Assembly: GCA_002633005.1 (NCBI GenBank)
Contig: NMRA01000098.1
Coordinates: 103,308 to 167,307, forward strand
Source: Phoronis australis
Taxonomy: Eukaryota; Animalia; Phoronida
DNA: 64,000 bases
Direction of reading: 5' to 3'
Shown: in pieces, positions 14,067 to 62,070 of the stretch
How positions within the stretch are numbered: position 1 is the first letter of the stretch
Layout of the letters: each line of letters begins with the position of its first letter
Made by a program: the position numbers and the translations under genes
Notes under the pieces: model-generated
The model's database searches: none
Told to the model about the DNA's origin: nothing
What the model saw: only the letters and a program-made list of their open reading frames with translations

Positions 14067-14712
14067 ACATTTGGCTTAATACACGCACTTGTCAATGTGG
14101 TCCAGTTTTTCACAAAACCTTTTAGCACTCATTATGGTGTAACAGTGTTTGGAATTCTGTATAGTCAAATTTCTCAACAAATAAGCATTAAGAAAATTCC
14201 ATACTATTAAAAGCATGGTTTGGTGTATACAGCTGTTAGTAAACAACACCCTGTTTTTGTATGGAAGGTAATCAGCTTTTGAAAAATAAAGGAATAACAA
14301 TTTTGGTGATTGTTTTTTGTGGAACTTGACTTAAGAATATTTATTTGTCAAGAAATGTCATTGTATTGTTATCCTTTGTCAGTTCTGGTTTTCAACTGAT
14401 AGTAATACCGTCTTTGGCAATTGAAGCTAGCCTCCACAAGCAATCATAATGGGTCAAGTCTCCATTTTTCTTTGTGTAAGCACCGTTCTGATCTGAGTAC
14501 AGAGCAAGACAAGAATGATCTTATAAGAATAAGTGATCTAAGTAAAAAAAACTGTTTTATCCAGGAGGCCCGCCTTATTATTTTGGCAGGATGCCAGCCT
14601 TATTATTTCCTGAAGAATTTTGCACTTGATGTGAAAATAATGCAATGAATGTGTTGAATGATCTCTAAAACATTCATCAGGATGTCTGATATATTGAGTA
14701 CTTGCTTTCCAG

Positions 14713-15051
14713 CCACAGATAAATTGAAAAAAATACCAGGAATTTTCAGCTTCCCAGATAACATGGCTGAAGCTTTCATCATTGTCATGTTTTGCCGCTA
14801 GGTGTCACTGGATGTAACACAGGGTTGTGCATGGCTGAGTCACTCTGTAAGTGCCATCGTTTGTTTTCACTGGATTTCTGAACGCAATCCATGAAACAGA
14901 GAATGACACTTACAAACTCAGCTGTATGCACAACCCTGTATTACGCTGTGCGACACCTAGTGGCAAGATATCACACTTACGTTTAAAGGCTTCAGCCGTG
15001 ACATCTGGGAAGCGTAAAATTTCTGTTAATTTTTTCAATTTATATCTGTGG
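14713..15051. mobile_element. Foldback/palindromic MITE-like element (~340 bp)
   Basis: Left arm ccacagataaattgaaaaaa...cttcccagat...ggctgaagc...cagggttgtgcat...tgtaagtg matches the reverse complement of the right arm across almost the whole length. Confidence 0.8.
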
Positions 15052-15895
15052 GTGCAAGGCGAAATATATTTACCCCACTTACTGTTGAATGACCTTCCTA
15101 GCTATGTAATTGATGCCTTGTCATAATAAAGAAATTTTGAGACTGGTTTTGTAGAGCTAACTGGCCTAGTTTTGAATTGTGTTTTTGAGACAGCTTTATA
15201 GATGAAGAATAACTGCATGGTTAAATGACGAATTTTAAGAATTTTCTATGGTTTGGATTTCAAATCTAATTTTTATTTTACTTTTCAGCTCGTTCACGTG
15301 AGTAAAACGTTAATAAAAAAAGTTTGTGTTGATCTGGACTCTAATAGCTTGTGGAAATGGTCAAACCAGACTTGTGGTTCAGTAGAATACCTGGAACTAA
15401 GGTTGTTAAAAACTAATCTGGTGTCTTTGATGATTGAAAAAGTGGTGGTTTCTAACCAATTAGAATTTCTTCTAACAAAGGTGTTTTGGGAACTAACAGC
15501 TTGGCTGATGACTGTGTGGTGTTTTGAAATAAAATCAAGGTGTATGATTGGAATACTAATCATTGACACTGAGCTTTTAACCGTAATTCTCAGCTTTTCA
15601 GATGAAGTTGGTTCACTTTGTGACATCATGAAACTTGCAGAACAATTATATTTTGTGGCTAAAAATTGCTTTGAAAGCAGAAGGCACCTGTCCAGCAAAG
15701 CCCTGAGCTTAGTAAAATTAGATGCACAACTTATGTGTACAAAATATATGTAAGGAACAGAAGGACACAGATTATACTGAGCATTTTAATTTTCAAATAA
15801 TTGTACTTTCAGTGTTCACATAAAATGCACATAACATACTCGTCTTGCATATTGTTACAATAATTACTACAACTAGGCATTTATTGTGTTTTCAG

Positions 15896-49806
<33,911 letters not shown>

Positions 49807-52800
49807 TTTGTCATGTTTACACCGAGGATAATGTAAATCTTACGTGCTATTAATGTGCAGTTGGCTTGCATGATTATGCAATTTTTTATGTATTTTCTAT
49901 GTAATATCATGCTTTTAAAACGACACGATTGACTACCACTGTGAATTGGCTTTATTGTCTTTCAACCGTTTGCTTGCTGTTTGCCGTGGTATGTATTAAT
50001 GCCTTGCATTATTGAAATGTTGAAATGTTAAGGCATCCTTGTGATTCATAATTTTGACATTTTTGACATTTTTTGAAAGATATATTTCTGTACTGGCAAA
50101 GAACCACGTCTCAACAAATCATATTGTGCGAAGAAAAATCATGCTTTTGTCGATCCGTTCAGTTTAAATTGATGAAAGAGTATTGCAAGTTGTTGACTAG
50201 GCAGTTCACTCCGTGACAATCTTAGGGATCTATCATTAACATTTTGTTGTTAAAAGGATGCTAAGCCCTGTTTTGGCGAATTAACAAAAAGCTGGTTCTG
50301 TTTCCTGTTGATCCACCACTGGCACAGTTGTTCTTCACTTGTTCAGCACACAGCGTAACTGTTGAAATTGTATTTTGTTAAATTTCTCCTCAAAAGTAAA
50401 CATTACGAACATGTTAGTCTAGTACAAGCATAGATGTCATGAAACACAACAACATTATTTGCTAAGACTCCCATTATTTGTAAAAAGGCATTAAATGGAA
50501 AAACAACCATTTTGACAGTTATGTTTGTGCGAAACAAGGGGTGAATTATCATGCCATACCTGCCCAGATCAATATAAACATTGAACGAAGACACTTTATC
50601 ACTGTATCATGGATTGGATTTCATGTTTTGAAGTATAAGTAGTATTTTTGTGCAGTCACTGTGTAACTTGTCCAATTGTTAGTCTGAATTGCTGATTGAG
50701 CATACTTTGCAAACAGTGTTCAAACTTGTTCCAAACTTTTGAGAATTAGCAGAGCATTATTTTGTTTTAAAGATTTAAATAGCTTAGTCTTAGTTAGTAT
50801 CTGTTGATAGGCGAAATTGGGGGTTTGTGTCCGTTAAACAGTGACTGAAAAGGGCGAGATTGTTAGAAATTGTGGTGGATTTCTGGAGACTTCAGATCTG
50901 TTCATTACAGTCTTATTGGACTGTGTGTGCAACTGCTTACATATTGCCATGCTATATTTCAAGTGCAAAAACTGTGCCTTGTTAAATTTTGTGTGATTCA
51001 ATGCAGCGCTTAATTTGGCATCCTGCAGGTCACCAGTGTGACCTCAGATTTTGTTTGGTGACCTGGGATATTTGCCACGTAGCCAAATGCAACTTGGTGT
51101 TGTCGAGCGCTGCAATGTCATTTTATTTATCTTTGTTAGATTTCATGATTGGTGAGAAAACATTTTAAAAATTATAGTGTACCTTAGATTAGTACTAACA
51201 AACTCATTTTAGTGAATAGTATGCAGTCTGAGTAGTTTATCTTACTTTGTTTTAGTGTTGTTTTTTATTGATATTCCGACTTCCAGCTTTTATAAACTGC
51301 TTCATAAGTTGGATGATGTATTTTATATAAGGGAGACAATTGAAAGTAAGTTGTAAATATTGATATCTATTATGTTAGTGGTAATGAGCCGAAAATTTTT
51401 TGATTTAGATTGTAAAGTCTTACCATTGGTATTTCAAATGATTGTCACAGCTATTATTTTGAACATTTTAACACAGTGTTACAGCCGTTGAGATTTAGGA
51501 TAATTTATAATTCAACCCTCATGTAATATGAGAAATTCACCAAAAATAGTGCGTTAAGTTGTGGCTAGAGATAGAGGCATGTTTATCAAACTTTTACTAG
51601 GTCTCTGTCTACATGTTACTCAAAATAGATGAACATGCTCCAATTATGTGTAGTGTTGTTTAAATTATTTTGTAACCCCTTTCAATTTGATTTTTTTGTC
51701 TTGGGACAGCAAACCTACAGAGAAACGGGGAGCGACGTTGCCTCTAGGCAATAAATGTTTTGTGATCAATAGACTTTCAGTTTAACTTTTTGTGTCACTG
51801 AAATCATTGTCATAGTAACTACCTGTTCTAAGTTGCATTTGGCTGGTTGGAGTTTTTTGCGACCTGAGAGCTTGGCAACCTTCTTCAAATTTTACTGGAA
51901 ATTTTCTATTTAACTGACTTTAGAAGGTTTGATAATTGGTGGAAAACTTGTTTTTGTGTTGGCTAGGTTCTCAAACGGAACTTAAGGCTACCGTAATGAC
52001 TCTTTTGTATTATGCCAAGGGACTGCTTTAGGCCTAGTTCTGTAGTACTTATCAGATATACCAAAGCATAATTTTGTTCTGTCAGGTGACTGTCTCTGTA
52101 ATATTAGTGAAGCTGCGGCTAGTCCAAAGCAAAATGGAATCGTTTTGTTCCTTACTTGGATGAGAAGTGGTTTCTTGGATCCAGTAGACTTTGAAGATTG
52201 ATTTTGCTTTAGGTAGCGCTCCGCTCCTTAACTGACCTGCCTGGTCAGGCTTAGTTATTTTGAGCCAAGTCTTCGTCCAGCAATAATTATCTGTCATGTC
52301 TTCCCTAGACCAGACTTAACATCAAATCTGAGGAAAAAACAATTTTAGGCTAACTTTATTCTGCTAGAGGGTCTAAGTTAAAAGATATCGTTTTGACAAA
52401 GGGTATCGTAACGCCATATTTTGATCAATTGATAGGATAACTGACATTGACAAGGTGGTGCTAATAAAGAATGAGGCAGTCCACTTTGTATTATTTGAAT
52501 TGATCAAAAACTGAAGGATGTTACCATCAAGAGGGCATTAGTGTGATAAGGTTCCTACAAAACTACCTGGTGGTAGGACTTATGTCCGTAACAACACCTA
52601 GTGATTCTCTAGCTCTCCACCGATTATATTTCTACCTCTGCCACAGTCGATATCTGCAGATTATTTTTCTTGAGCCTGTACAACTGTTTTTCTGAGTAAA
52701 CAAAACTCACTGAATTTTTCGCGTATACTTTTCGAAATGTGGTGTCTACTTTCTTAATGTGAGATTGGTGCTGTGCTGCAGATAGCTTGGAGTAACTTTA

Positions 52801-55269
52801 AAGCCAAGTTTTGCCTAGTTTAGCTGGCTAAAATACGGAAATCGAATTAGGCACTTCACTTTCATGAAATCAATCTCGTAGTATTCCTCAGTGTGATAGG
52901 AGTCTATTTCTGTTACCAACAAAAATGTGGAAATCACCAGCAACTCAGTGTAACGAAGTATATTGGGCTTTGACAACCTTAAAATTGCGATTTGGAAAAC
53001 TGCACGTATATGCACGGCCTGGGGCTGGAGTTGGTAAGTAGACGGAAATATAATCCTATCTTAAGAAATATTGGGATACCAATTTTAAGTAAGAAGCCTA
53101 ATATTTTTTTGCCAGCCAAACGGGGTGAAATGGAGCTTTGTTATATAAAGCCCGTACAATTTTGGTGTGCAAAGTGGACATTCAAGATGAGAGAGGCTGA
53201 TCTTAATTTCTATTTAGTTTTATCATTGTTATGGTGCTATATGTCATAATTTGTCAGTCTATTGCAATTTTGCGATTTTTTGTAACTCTGTAACGTAACT
53301 GTCATATTTACATGTATTATATTCGCAGTGTTATTTAATGAAACATCAGTTCTGTGAAGATATAATCATGATACTGCTCTATCAGTTATCATGCTCATGT
53401 GTACGGTAGTAGTATGGATATAATATATTGTAGCAATCCTGAGTTTGGGCATTGTTTGGATTCTCATTTCGAAAATTCTACCGAGGTCAAGGTTTATTTA
53501 GCTTTGTGAAACAAAATTATTGTCTTGCTCAACTAACGCATGCAGTTAGTCGCGTAGGAGTCACATCACATAATTATTCACTAGTCACATACGAGCGTTC
53601 TCATTACCACCATTCTTTTCTCAAATTTCTCTTTTCAAAAGTTGCATTTCCTTTCTCAAAAATACTATTCTCATAATGCCAGATTGGCTGTGATGATGCT
53701 TAAAAACATGAGTGACTACTACCAACACACTATTTTCACCGATTTGAATTGTTTTTTTTTTAATAGGTTATTGTGAGCTAACAATAACGTTGGTGGTAAC
53801 ATCGGGGCTGTTGGTGGAACTATTTGAAGTGAATTAGAGTGTGTTGATTAGAATGTCGGAATTTAGATGCAGTTAGGTATTTTGACTAGGTGTGCTGGCT
53901 ACTCTGGACAGTGTGTCTCTCGTGACGAAACAGCATTTTCTTTTCTCATTAACTGCAGTCATATTGCGTTGTAGTGCACACAGAGATTCAACTCACTGTG
54001 GCAAGCAGCTCCTACATAGTGTCTAGTAGCTATGTATGCCTCCTTTCAGCAATGAAACTAAATACGTTTAACGAGAAAAGAACCAAGTTCATAAGAACGG
54101 AATGTGTGTTGCATGTCTCAACCTCTAGCACTTACACCCCCTGGAGTGAACTTAACCTTTTACATTGCAGGGGACTTTGCAACTTCACAGCTTAATCCCA
54201 GCACCTATTTTGCGAAGAACTGTACAGTTTTAAGTTCTGGATATTCCCATTCCAGCTGACCTAAACTTAACAAAACATGGGAGTTGCGATGCTATAGGGA
54301 AAGAGGTGTCGTTCAGGTTTCAATACATCCATTTTATTCAGATTGAATCCACACTCAAGTTAAGTGTAAACCAGTATGATAGTCCGACATTTGTACCATA
54401 GTTCAAGTTACCCTCCACCCAAACGAAGTCTAAAAATTCTTACAAACTACAAGTTTAATCATGTGCAAACAAACAGACAACTGACAGAGATATACAAACA
54501 AAAACATAATTACAAAATAAATTTATCATAACATGAGCAATACAGAGCATTGATAAGTATCCACTTTGTACACTGCTAACAGCAAAGATGCAAGGGGTGA
54601 TCATTATTTGGTATATGGCCACTAGGGAGCGCAGCATTAAATAAATCTGAAAAACAATACCAAGCAACCATTTTGGCTTTTGATACCTTCTTCTGCTCCC
54701 CTTTATTGCAACTTGTCCCTTTGCCAACTATTTTGAGCGGAATCACAAAATGTCAATTTCCACGACGTGTCTGGCAGTTCTCAGTGAGCTGACTTGGACG
54801 AGATGGTCTCCCCACCCACGCAATTCTCAAAGCAAACGGATCTTTCATGACAATAATTCAACAAATAGAATGACAGACACCAAAAAATTGTAGCTACACC
54901 TGTATGGTACGCAGCACAGGTCGAAACCTTCCAAAAGTAGGCAGGTGTTCTCTGCCTTGTGTTAGAAACGCAACTGCTGCCAGAATTTCATGAAGATTCA
55001 TCAAGATGGCAGAAACTGAAATAAACGCCAACACTAAAATTGACACTATGGTTAACAGAGGTAGTCGCATTTGTCCCAAAATCATTCAGTCACGCAGTTC
55101 TTAATAAGAACACAGCTGCCTATTTTCTTGACAATCTTTCAGCAAAGGCGGACACCAAAATACTTAAAATGCCACTACAATGCACAGCACCTGTCTGCAA
55201 CTGGACCCGTCATGGACAGAAACAAAAGTGAGATGACTTGCCAAAGGCGGACACCAAAAACTATAATAC

Positions 55270-55633
55270 TTCACATTAAATTGCCACTAGAGGGTGGAAT
55301 ACAGGCCGCAAACATGTAGAAAATGAACAGACTCTGTACTCTCTTTGAGAGCTAGAAACTTTTTTTGCCAAATTCCGTAAAAATCCTTCAAAGAATTTAG
55401 TAGACATAGAGGCAAACGCAGATAACTAAAATTGCCATTGGGGACCAAAGCATTAGTTGGAACCCTTCAAAAAACGATAAGCAAAACCTCTTAGATAGCA
55501 ACATGTCCAAAAATTTTCATGAAGATTCTTCTAACGGTTTTGTAGATGACGTGGACGCCAGATGCCTAGACAGAGATGATGGCAACATGTGCTTGAACAA
55601 TTATGCATTACATGATGTGCAAGCATAACAAAA
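55270..55633 (-). mobile_element. Degenerate HINE-like 5' fragment in the DUF229 3' UTR region (copy E)
   Basis: Resembles 59100-59388 (aaattgccactag, tttcatgaa, ggacgcc...gacagagatgatggca...gcata). Confidence 0.55.
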
Positions 55634-55644
55634 CAATCACCAAT

Positions 55645-55998
55645 CTAGCTAATCCAACTTTGCTCTTTCATAAAAAACTTTGGTTTCCGACTAGTTTGCA
55701 TAGCAATTTCTTTATAGTCTGCACAATAGCAGTATTTCATTAGCTCGGGATAGCGGTCCATAATGCAGTATGGCTGATTCCCATACTCGTCAATGCGACT
55801 GATATCGGACATGATGTGATACGGGTGTGACAGTGAAGATGGTAACCAGCCTGGCTTATATAGTACGGTGGCTTCATAGTGACCATTGTTAGGGGATGTT
55901 ACTATGGTAACCTGATAGTACTCAGCGTCAACGGCCATCTCCTTGGTGAAGTTAGGGAGGCGGTGATCGTCATCCAGTCTGTTGAAGTATTTAAGTAC
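55645..55998 (-). CDS. DUF229-family protein, last coding exon
   Basis: ttgcag|VLKYF...YQVTIVTSPNNGHYEATV...ISRIDEYGNQPYCI...LMKYCYC...*; phase 0 matches previous exon. Upstream exons not found in the window. Confidence 0.9.
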   Translation of the reverse strand, partial: VLKYFNRLDDDHRLPNFTKEMAVDAEYYQVTIVTSPNNGHYEATVLYKPGWLPSSLSHPYHIMSDISRIDEYGNQPYCIMDRYPELMKYCYCADYKEIAMQTSRKPKFFMKEQSWIS

Positions 55999-56583
55999 CT
56001 GCAAGTGAGATGAAATCATTTACATGCGTGACAGAACTGGTAAAATTTCACCAATTTTGGACAAAACTTAATTGCCAAAACAACTTTTTTCATTTGTCAA
56101 AGGCTTCCAACGTCAGTGTGAATGCCCACAGTATTTCACATCATTGTCTGTAGGAGGCGATAGTTAAGAATAAGGCAAAGCATAAAAATTTTTACCTGTC
56201 CACCATATTGCGTACCAAATTGGTAAGAATTTACCATAGACGTTTAATGAATAGTTTAAATGAAAAATCATGGCAAATTTGTGTCTCTGTCCTTTATGGG
56301 CATTATTCAGAGCCTCAGCCAACATGTTCACTAAATTGGAATCACGCTCATATCCATTACAACAAGAAGAGCTCAGCCTGACTATTATATGTCTGAAGTT
56401 AAATTAATATCAGCATATATTACAAAGTTGGATGAATTAGACCTAGGTTACTATTTTGTAGCAACAGAGCCTTTGTTTCACAGTATGCCGAGACATGGAA
56501 CCAGATAATGAAGCACGTTTAAAACAATGTATCGTAAAGATCAGTCAATCAAACTTTACCGCCACCACAAAATGCAAACAAAC

Positions 56584-57533
56584 CTTTTCATTGGGCAAGA
56601 CTCGCCGTCCTTCCACGACACGTTTCAACTGCAGCGGTGAACAAAAGCTGTGGAAATCATCAGTTTGACGCTTAATGAAGTCCATGACCTCATGCGCCGC
56701 TTTGACTACATGTAAGTTATCTGTAGGTAGCACAGTCCATGATAGGCACGTGCACCAGTGCAGTTCAATACCTGCTGATGCGCAAGTGCGGTTACTGGGT
56801 ATTTCTTTGAATAGACTAATTCCACGGTCATCATATTTTGGCTTCACATTCATTCTCTTGTGGTCTAATAAATCTAACATAAGTTCGTAGATGTCATAAG
56901 CCGTTGTCAATCGATCAGCATTTGTCCTCAAATTTCGCATTGCCTTCGGATATTTTCGTTGAAACCATGTTGGAAGCACAAAAGACATGAAAGGAAGACG
57001 TTCCTCAAGCTTGCCGTGAACAGTGTGACGTACTTTACGATGCCGTGCACCATGATCTCCCATGATGACTAATAACGTGTTGTCAAGGTAACCCTGCGTA
57101 TTCACATGCCTAAGAAACATTGACAGATCTTTGTCAAGGTATTTCACTGGCTCGTTATTCAAGTGCGACAATTCTCCAAGAAAGCTGAAAGCAAATTTTG
57201 GTGTCTTTTTATAATCGTCGTGAGCAAAGAAGTCTTTAACATAATTCAACATGTACTGGTGCTTTGGTCTGCCCCCCAGACAGTATTGTTCACTTTTGCT
57301 GTTTATTGAGGAATCCCACACAGCTTGCCAGAATGGTCGCATGTAATGGTCCGTCGGTGCATTCTCGAATCCTTTCATACGCAAGTTGAACATTCCAAGA
57401 CTGGGTTCGTCCTCTGCAAACAGTGTCACGTACCCATTGTGATCAAATTCTGTCCAAATTAGGGGGTACTGGTCAACATGTCCTGAATCAGGGAAATGAC
57501 GTCGGATTTCTGGCAACTCAGTCATGTTTTTTC
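56584..57533 (-). CDS. DUF229-family protein (alkaline phosphatase/sulfatase-like fold), penultimate coding exon
   Basis: tttccag|GKNMTELPE...GYVTLFAED...PTDHYMRPF...ELSH...LDNTLLVIMGDHGAR...GKLEERLP...NADRLTTAYDI...ISLFKEIPSNRTCASAGIELHWCTC...PNEK|gtttgt: motifs typical of DUF229. Confidence 0.92.
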
Positions 57534-57647
57534 CTGGAAAAAAAACTTTTAATGTTTAATTCAATAGGGCAAAATACAAGAAATATGTCTTCTCGAGTTG
57601 CGCATTTTGTAAGATCTTTGAAATAAACATTTTTGAACAGGATCAAG

Positions 57648-59388
57648 AACAAGAGCAACGCAGAGCGTTGAAATGCGCCCACAATTGCACCGCATACAGT
57701 ATCCTTCTAGGGTTGTTTATTGGTACCATAAAGTGGCCAGTAGAGGGCATATATGTAGTATGTTGTACTTTGCAAAATGGAAAGGCATGGTCATTGTCTC
57801 CTCAATAGGCTAGGGGCAAAATGTGAGTAATCTTCATAATACAAGCACATCCTATACACCAGTTGCTTAAAGCACCACAGAAAGAATTAAAAACAAATTT
57901 ACCAACATACGAGCACAGCATTAGAATGCCAGAAACAAATTTCTACTTGGAACTTTTCCTTCATAGTCACGAAGTAACACAAAGTATACACCTGAAGACC
58001 TATGAAAATACAGAGGTCAATGTAAAATACCAAAATTGCCACTAGAGGCAAATACTAAAATTGCCACTAGAGACATACCGGTAGTCAGAATCATCCTAAA
58101 GTCGTCATCGTCCGTTGTCAACATCACATAAATACACTTGCTAAATTTAGTAAAGATCCTGCAAACGGTTTGGGAGATACAGCCATGGGTGCAAAAAAAC
58201 AAAACTGCCACTAGGAGGCGCCACAGAAGTCCAAATCGTCTGAAAATCATTGTCAGCTGTCTTCCTTATAGTAAGCACATACACACCAATTTTCACAATC
58301 ATCCTTTGAGCGGTTTGGTTGATAGAGGAGTGGACGCAAAAATACAGACTCGAAAACAGTAAAAATGGCCACTAGGTGGCGCAAACTATGTCGAATCCAT
58401 CTGATAACGGGAGGATAGCGTCATCTCACGAATAGGTGCCTACATACCAAATTTCATGAAAATACGTTCAGGACTTTTGAAGATACAAAGGTAAGCGTAA
58501 AAAACTAAATTGCCACTAGGGGGCACACCGGTAGTGGGATCCGTGCAAAAGTCGTCATCTTCCGTTGTTAACATCATATAAATATACTTACACAATTTCG
58601 TAAAGATCCTGCGAACGGTTTAGGAGATACAGTCATAGGCGCAAAAAAAAAACTGCCACTAGGAGGCGCCACAGTAGTCGAAATCGTCGGAAAATCATCG
58701 CCAACCGTCCTCTACATAGTAAGCATATACATGCCAATTTTCACAATCATCCTTTGAGCGGTTTCGTTGANNNNNNNNNNNNNNNNNNNNNNNNNNNNNN
58801 NNNNNNNNNNNNNNNNNNNNNNNNNNNNNNNNNNNNNNNNNNNNNNNNNNNNNNNNNNNNNNNNNNNNNNNNNNNNNNNNNNNNNNNNNNNNNNNNNNNN
58901 NNNNNNNNNNNNNNNNNNNNNNNNNNNNNNNNNNNNNNNNNNNNNNNNNNNNNNNNNNNNNNNNNNNNNNNNNNNNNNNNNNNNNNNNNNNNNNNNNNNN
59001 NNNNNNNNNNNNNNNNNNNNNNNNNNNNNNNNNNNNNNNNNNNNNNNNNNNNNNNNNNNNNNNNNNNNNNNNNNNGCAGGATAGCGTCATCTCACTAATA
59101 TGTGCCTACATACCAAATTTCATGAAAATCCATTCAGGACTTTTGAAGATACAAAGGTAAGCGTAAAAAACTAAAATTGCCACTAGGGGGCACACCGGTA
59201 GTCGGATCCGTCCAAAAGTTCGCACATGCCGTCCCATTCATGAATGGAACATATGTGCCAAATTTCATGAACGTATGTCAAAGGGTTTTGGAGATAGAGC
59301 AGCGGACGCCGCCCGGACGGACGGACGGACGGACGGACAGAGATGACGGCATAATGCGTCCACATATAAATATGTGGGCGCATAAAAA
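57648..59388 (-). mobile_element. HINE-like element, copy D (contains an assembly gap)
   Basis: Reverse complement of copy C architecture, with (ggac)n microsatellite at about 59315-59338 and aacaagagcaacgcagagcgttgaaatgcgcccac end. Confidence 0.9.
58771..59075. other. Assembly gap inside the HINE core repeat
   Basis: 305 N. Confidence 1.
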
Positions 59389-62070
59389 TGGTATCCTTCA
59401 TAACTTGGTGTTTCAAGAACAATGTGTAGAATGTAAACTGAAAAAAAACAGCCACTGACAATAACAGCCAATTTGTATAACATGACAGCGTGAACATAAA
59501 AGAACAGCTGGCTTAATGCTTAATAGGTAATAGTCACATACAGGGGTCTGCATTGTGAGAATGAGTTTTCTCGAGTGAATAACAGACATCTAACTGGTTC
59601 TCGAAATCCAGGATCTCTGTCACTGACTATAGTCAACACTCACATAGATTGCATTTTAACAGTATTTAGCTTCATAGGTCCATTTACGAGACGTGTGTCC
59701 ACATTTAGATGTTTCTCTGTGACAAAACACTTGATTGATAATTTGAAAAATAGTTTAGACCCCACACAATTGCAGAGGCATTGACCAACCGTCAAGAGAT
59801 GGGAGTAGTCATGAGTTGCACGTCAAATCACAGGAACAAGTCGCTGTGTAGTGACAGATACCCTAACAAGAACTTGGATTGAACAGACATGTGAACAAGG
59901 GCATGAGCTTCAGGCTCGAAACATTACGCTTACCTAACTATAATATTATTATAGTCTTCTAGTAAGTAACTTCTCTCGTGTTTACTAACATCACAGAGGA
60001 CAACGGTGAATTATGAATACTTTTAACTGAACAGTACTGGTCAGGTATACATAACGAAACATCAACAAATTAACGTTGTCTAAATTAATCTGAAAGTTTT
60101 TATCGTACTCGTCCGGGTTACCGTTCACCCCGAAATATTCAATTTTTCATTTTTAAGCGCCCAAGCTTGGCTTACCACCCACCCTCAATTTTTTATGATC
60201 GAGACCTCCTTAGAAGTGTGTATGCTTTTGTGAACAAAAACAAAGATTCCCAAATGTGCACAACTCGCTTACTTTTCAATGACAACCAACCAGTTTTAGC
60301 GGAACCGGGAACTTGCCTGGCTATGGTGGTAAAACACGCGTATTCTCATACTCTTTAATGAAGGAGACACAATTGTTTCCTTTGGCTCAAGCGTGGAACT
60401 CATGTCAGCATGAGCTGATCACTGAGACAGCTAGCACTTATTGAATGCATTTCAATGCCGTGGAAGAACCAACAATGTGGTACTTGACACGAATTTCAAG
60501 TCCGTGGCCTACCTTTCTGGATTTCCCTGGCAGTACACGAAACATCACCACCCTGCACAATGAAATAAAAAAACACGAGCACACCCGCCTGGTACATGAC
60601 AATGATTTTGGAAACTCCACCGACAATATATTGGACGCAGTGATTTGAATACAAGCAGATACGGGCCAATGTTTCGTGTCTTCGTTAAAAGCATGTTTTT
60701 AATGACTCACTCCTGACACCAAAATGGTAGCCCCCAGCCATAAGCAACAGTGCAAGAAATCACCTTGTAATAAAGTCGAACATTCTATCCACATCTACGT
60801 CATCAAAAACATATTTTTGAACTCTTGATTTGCATGTTGAATTTTCACATGATGTGCTTTTGCTTTTTTACATGATGTGTTTTTGCTTCATTATTTTCGC
60901 AGCCGACTGACCACCCCTATTGCCAGTATTGTCCGATTGTTGAGCACGTGCTTTAAAAAATTTTTGGGAGGTAGCTGTTCCACTTGTTAAATTGTTCAAA
61001 CTAAGTTCAAAGTATTTAGAAGAAAGACTGACTGTCAATCATTAGCCCATTTGGTTGCCAAAGTAACTGGCGGCAGTATATCTTTACAAAATCACTTGCT
61101 TCCCGTAGCAACACATGACGATCTAGCGTAGTCTTGTGTGATCATGTTTTTCACTCAAGAAACTTGGCCTAATGGACGCACGTCTATCTGTAAGAATACC
61201 TCAGTTCCAAGACATGACGAGCAGCGACCGAGGTACGTAATAATCCATCACGCTCGGGATCACGGCGCCACTGTGTGCACTATTCCACTTCAGCCCATCG
61301 AAGTACGTTGCTTCAATGAGCTGACATATATTTTAACTGACATGCTTAAAGTCCAATGTCAGTGTAGCTCCGTGAGGGTAAAATCTGTCCTTTGTGCAGA
61401 CCCACTCACGACTTCCAAAAATTTCGATTTTAACCAACCATGCTCGGCTTACCGCACACCCTGTTTTTTTATGTTCCCAATTTAAGCACCCTGGGCGGTA
61501 ACCCAGACGAGTATGGTAAAATACAGCACATATTGCCATGAGAGAGATTAAGCACTACTCGTAATACTAAAAATATTTTGCATTTTATGCCTTTTATAAA
61601 GCTGGTTGGCTAGTAGTATCTTGTTCAAAAGCATTTCTTTACTTTCTGAAGTCCTGCATACTGTACAATCCACTTTAATTGTTCATAGAACATGTATTCC
61701 CCTAAAGACTTGATGAATAATAACTCCTTCAGGCATGTCCACATGTCATGGTAGCAACGGGCGACTATGAGGCGGAATAAAATTGTTCATTTCCTTTAAT
61801 CCACCCCATTAAAACTTTGATTTTGCTCACTCTCGCACTGTTTGAAAAGCCAGGCCCGTAGCGAGCATTGCGCAGGGGGTGGTTCGAATTTCTTGAACGG
61901 TGGACCTTTGATACTTTGCCGCAACGTCGACACTTTGGAGTTTTCATTAAGGCCCTCAGTTGGCGCAGCTTAATCAGAGGGAAGGAAAATTTGCCTACAC
62001 AATGATGACTCTCAGTTCTGTGTTTTTGAGATGAGACGGAATTAGTAGGCCTAATACCAGAGATGATGAT

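Noticed and set aside
15253-15753. Overlapping 166-aa (+) and 134-aa (-) ORFs
   Set aside because: No recognisable domain and not needed for the phase-consistent gene model.
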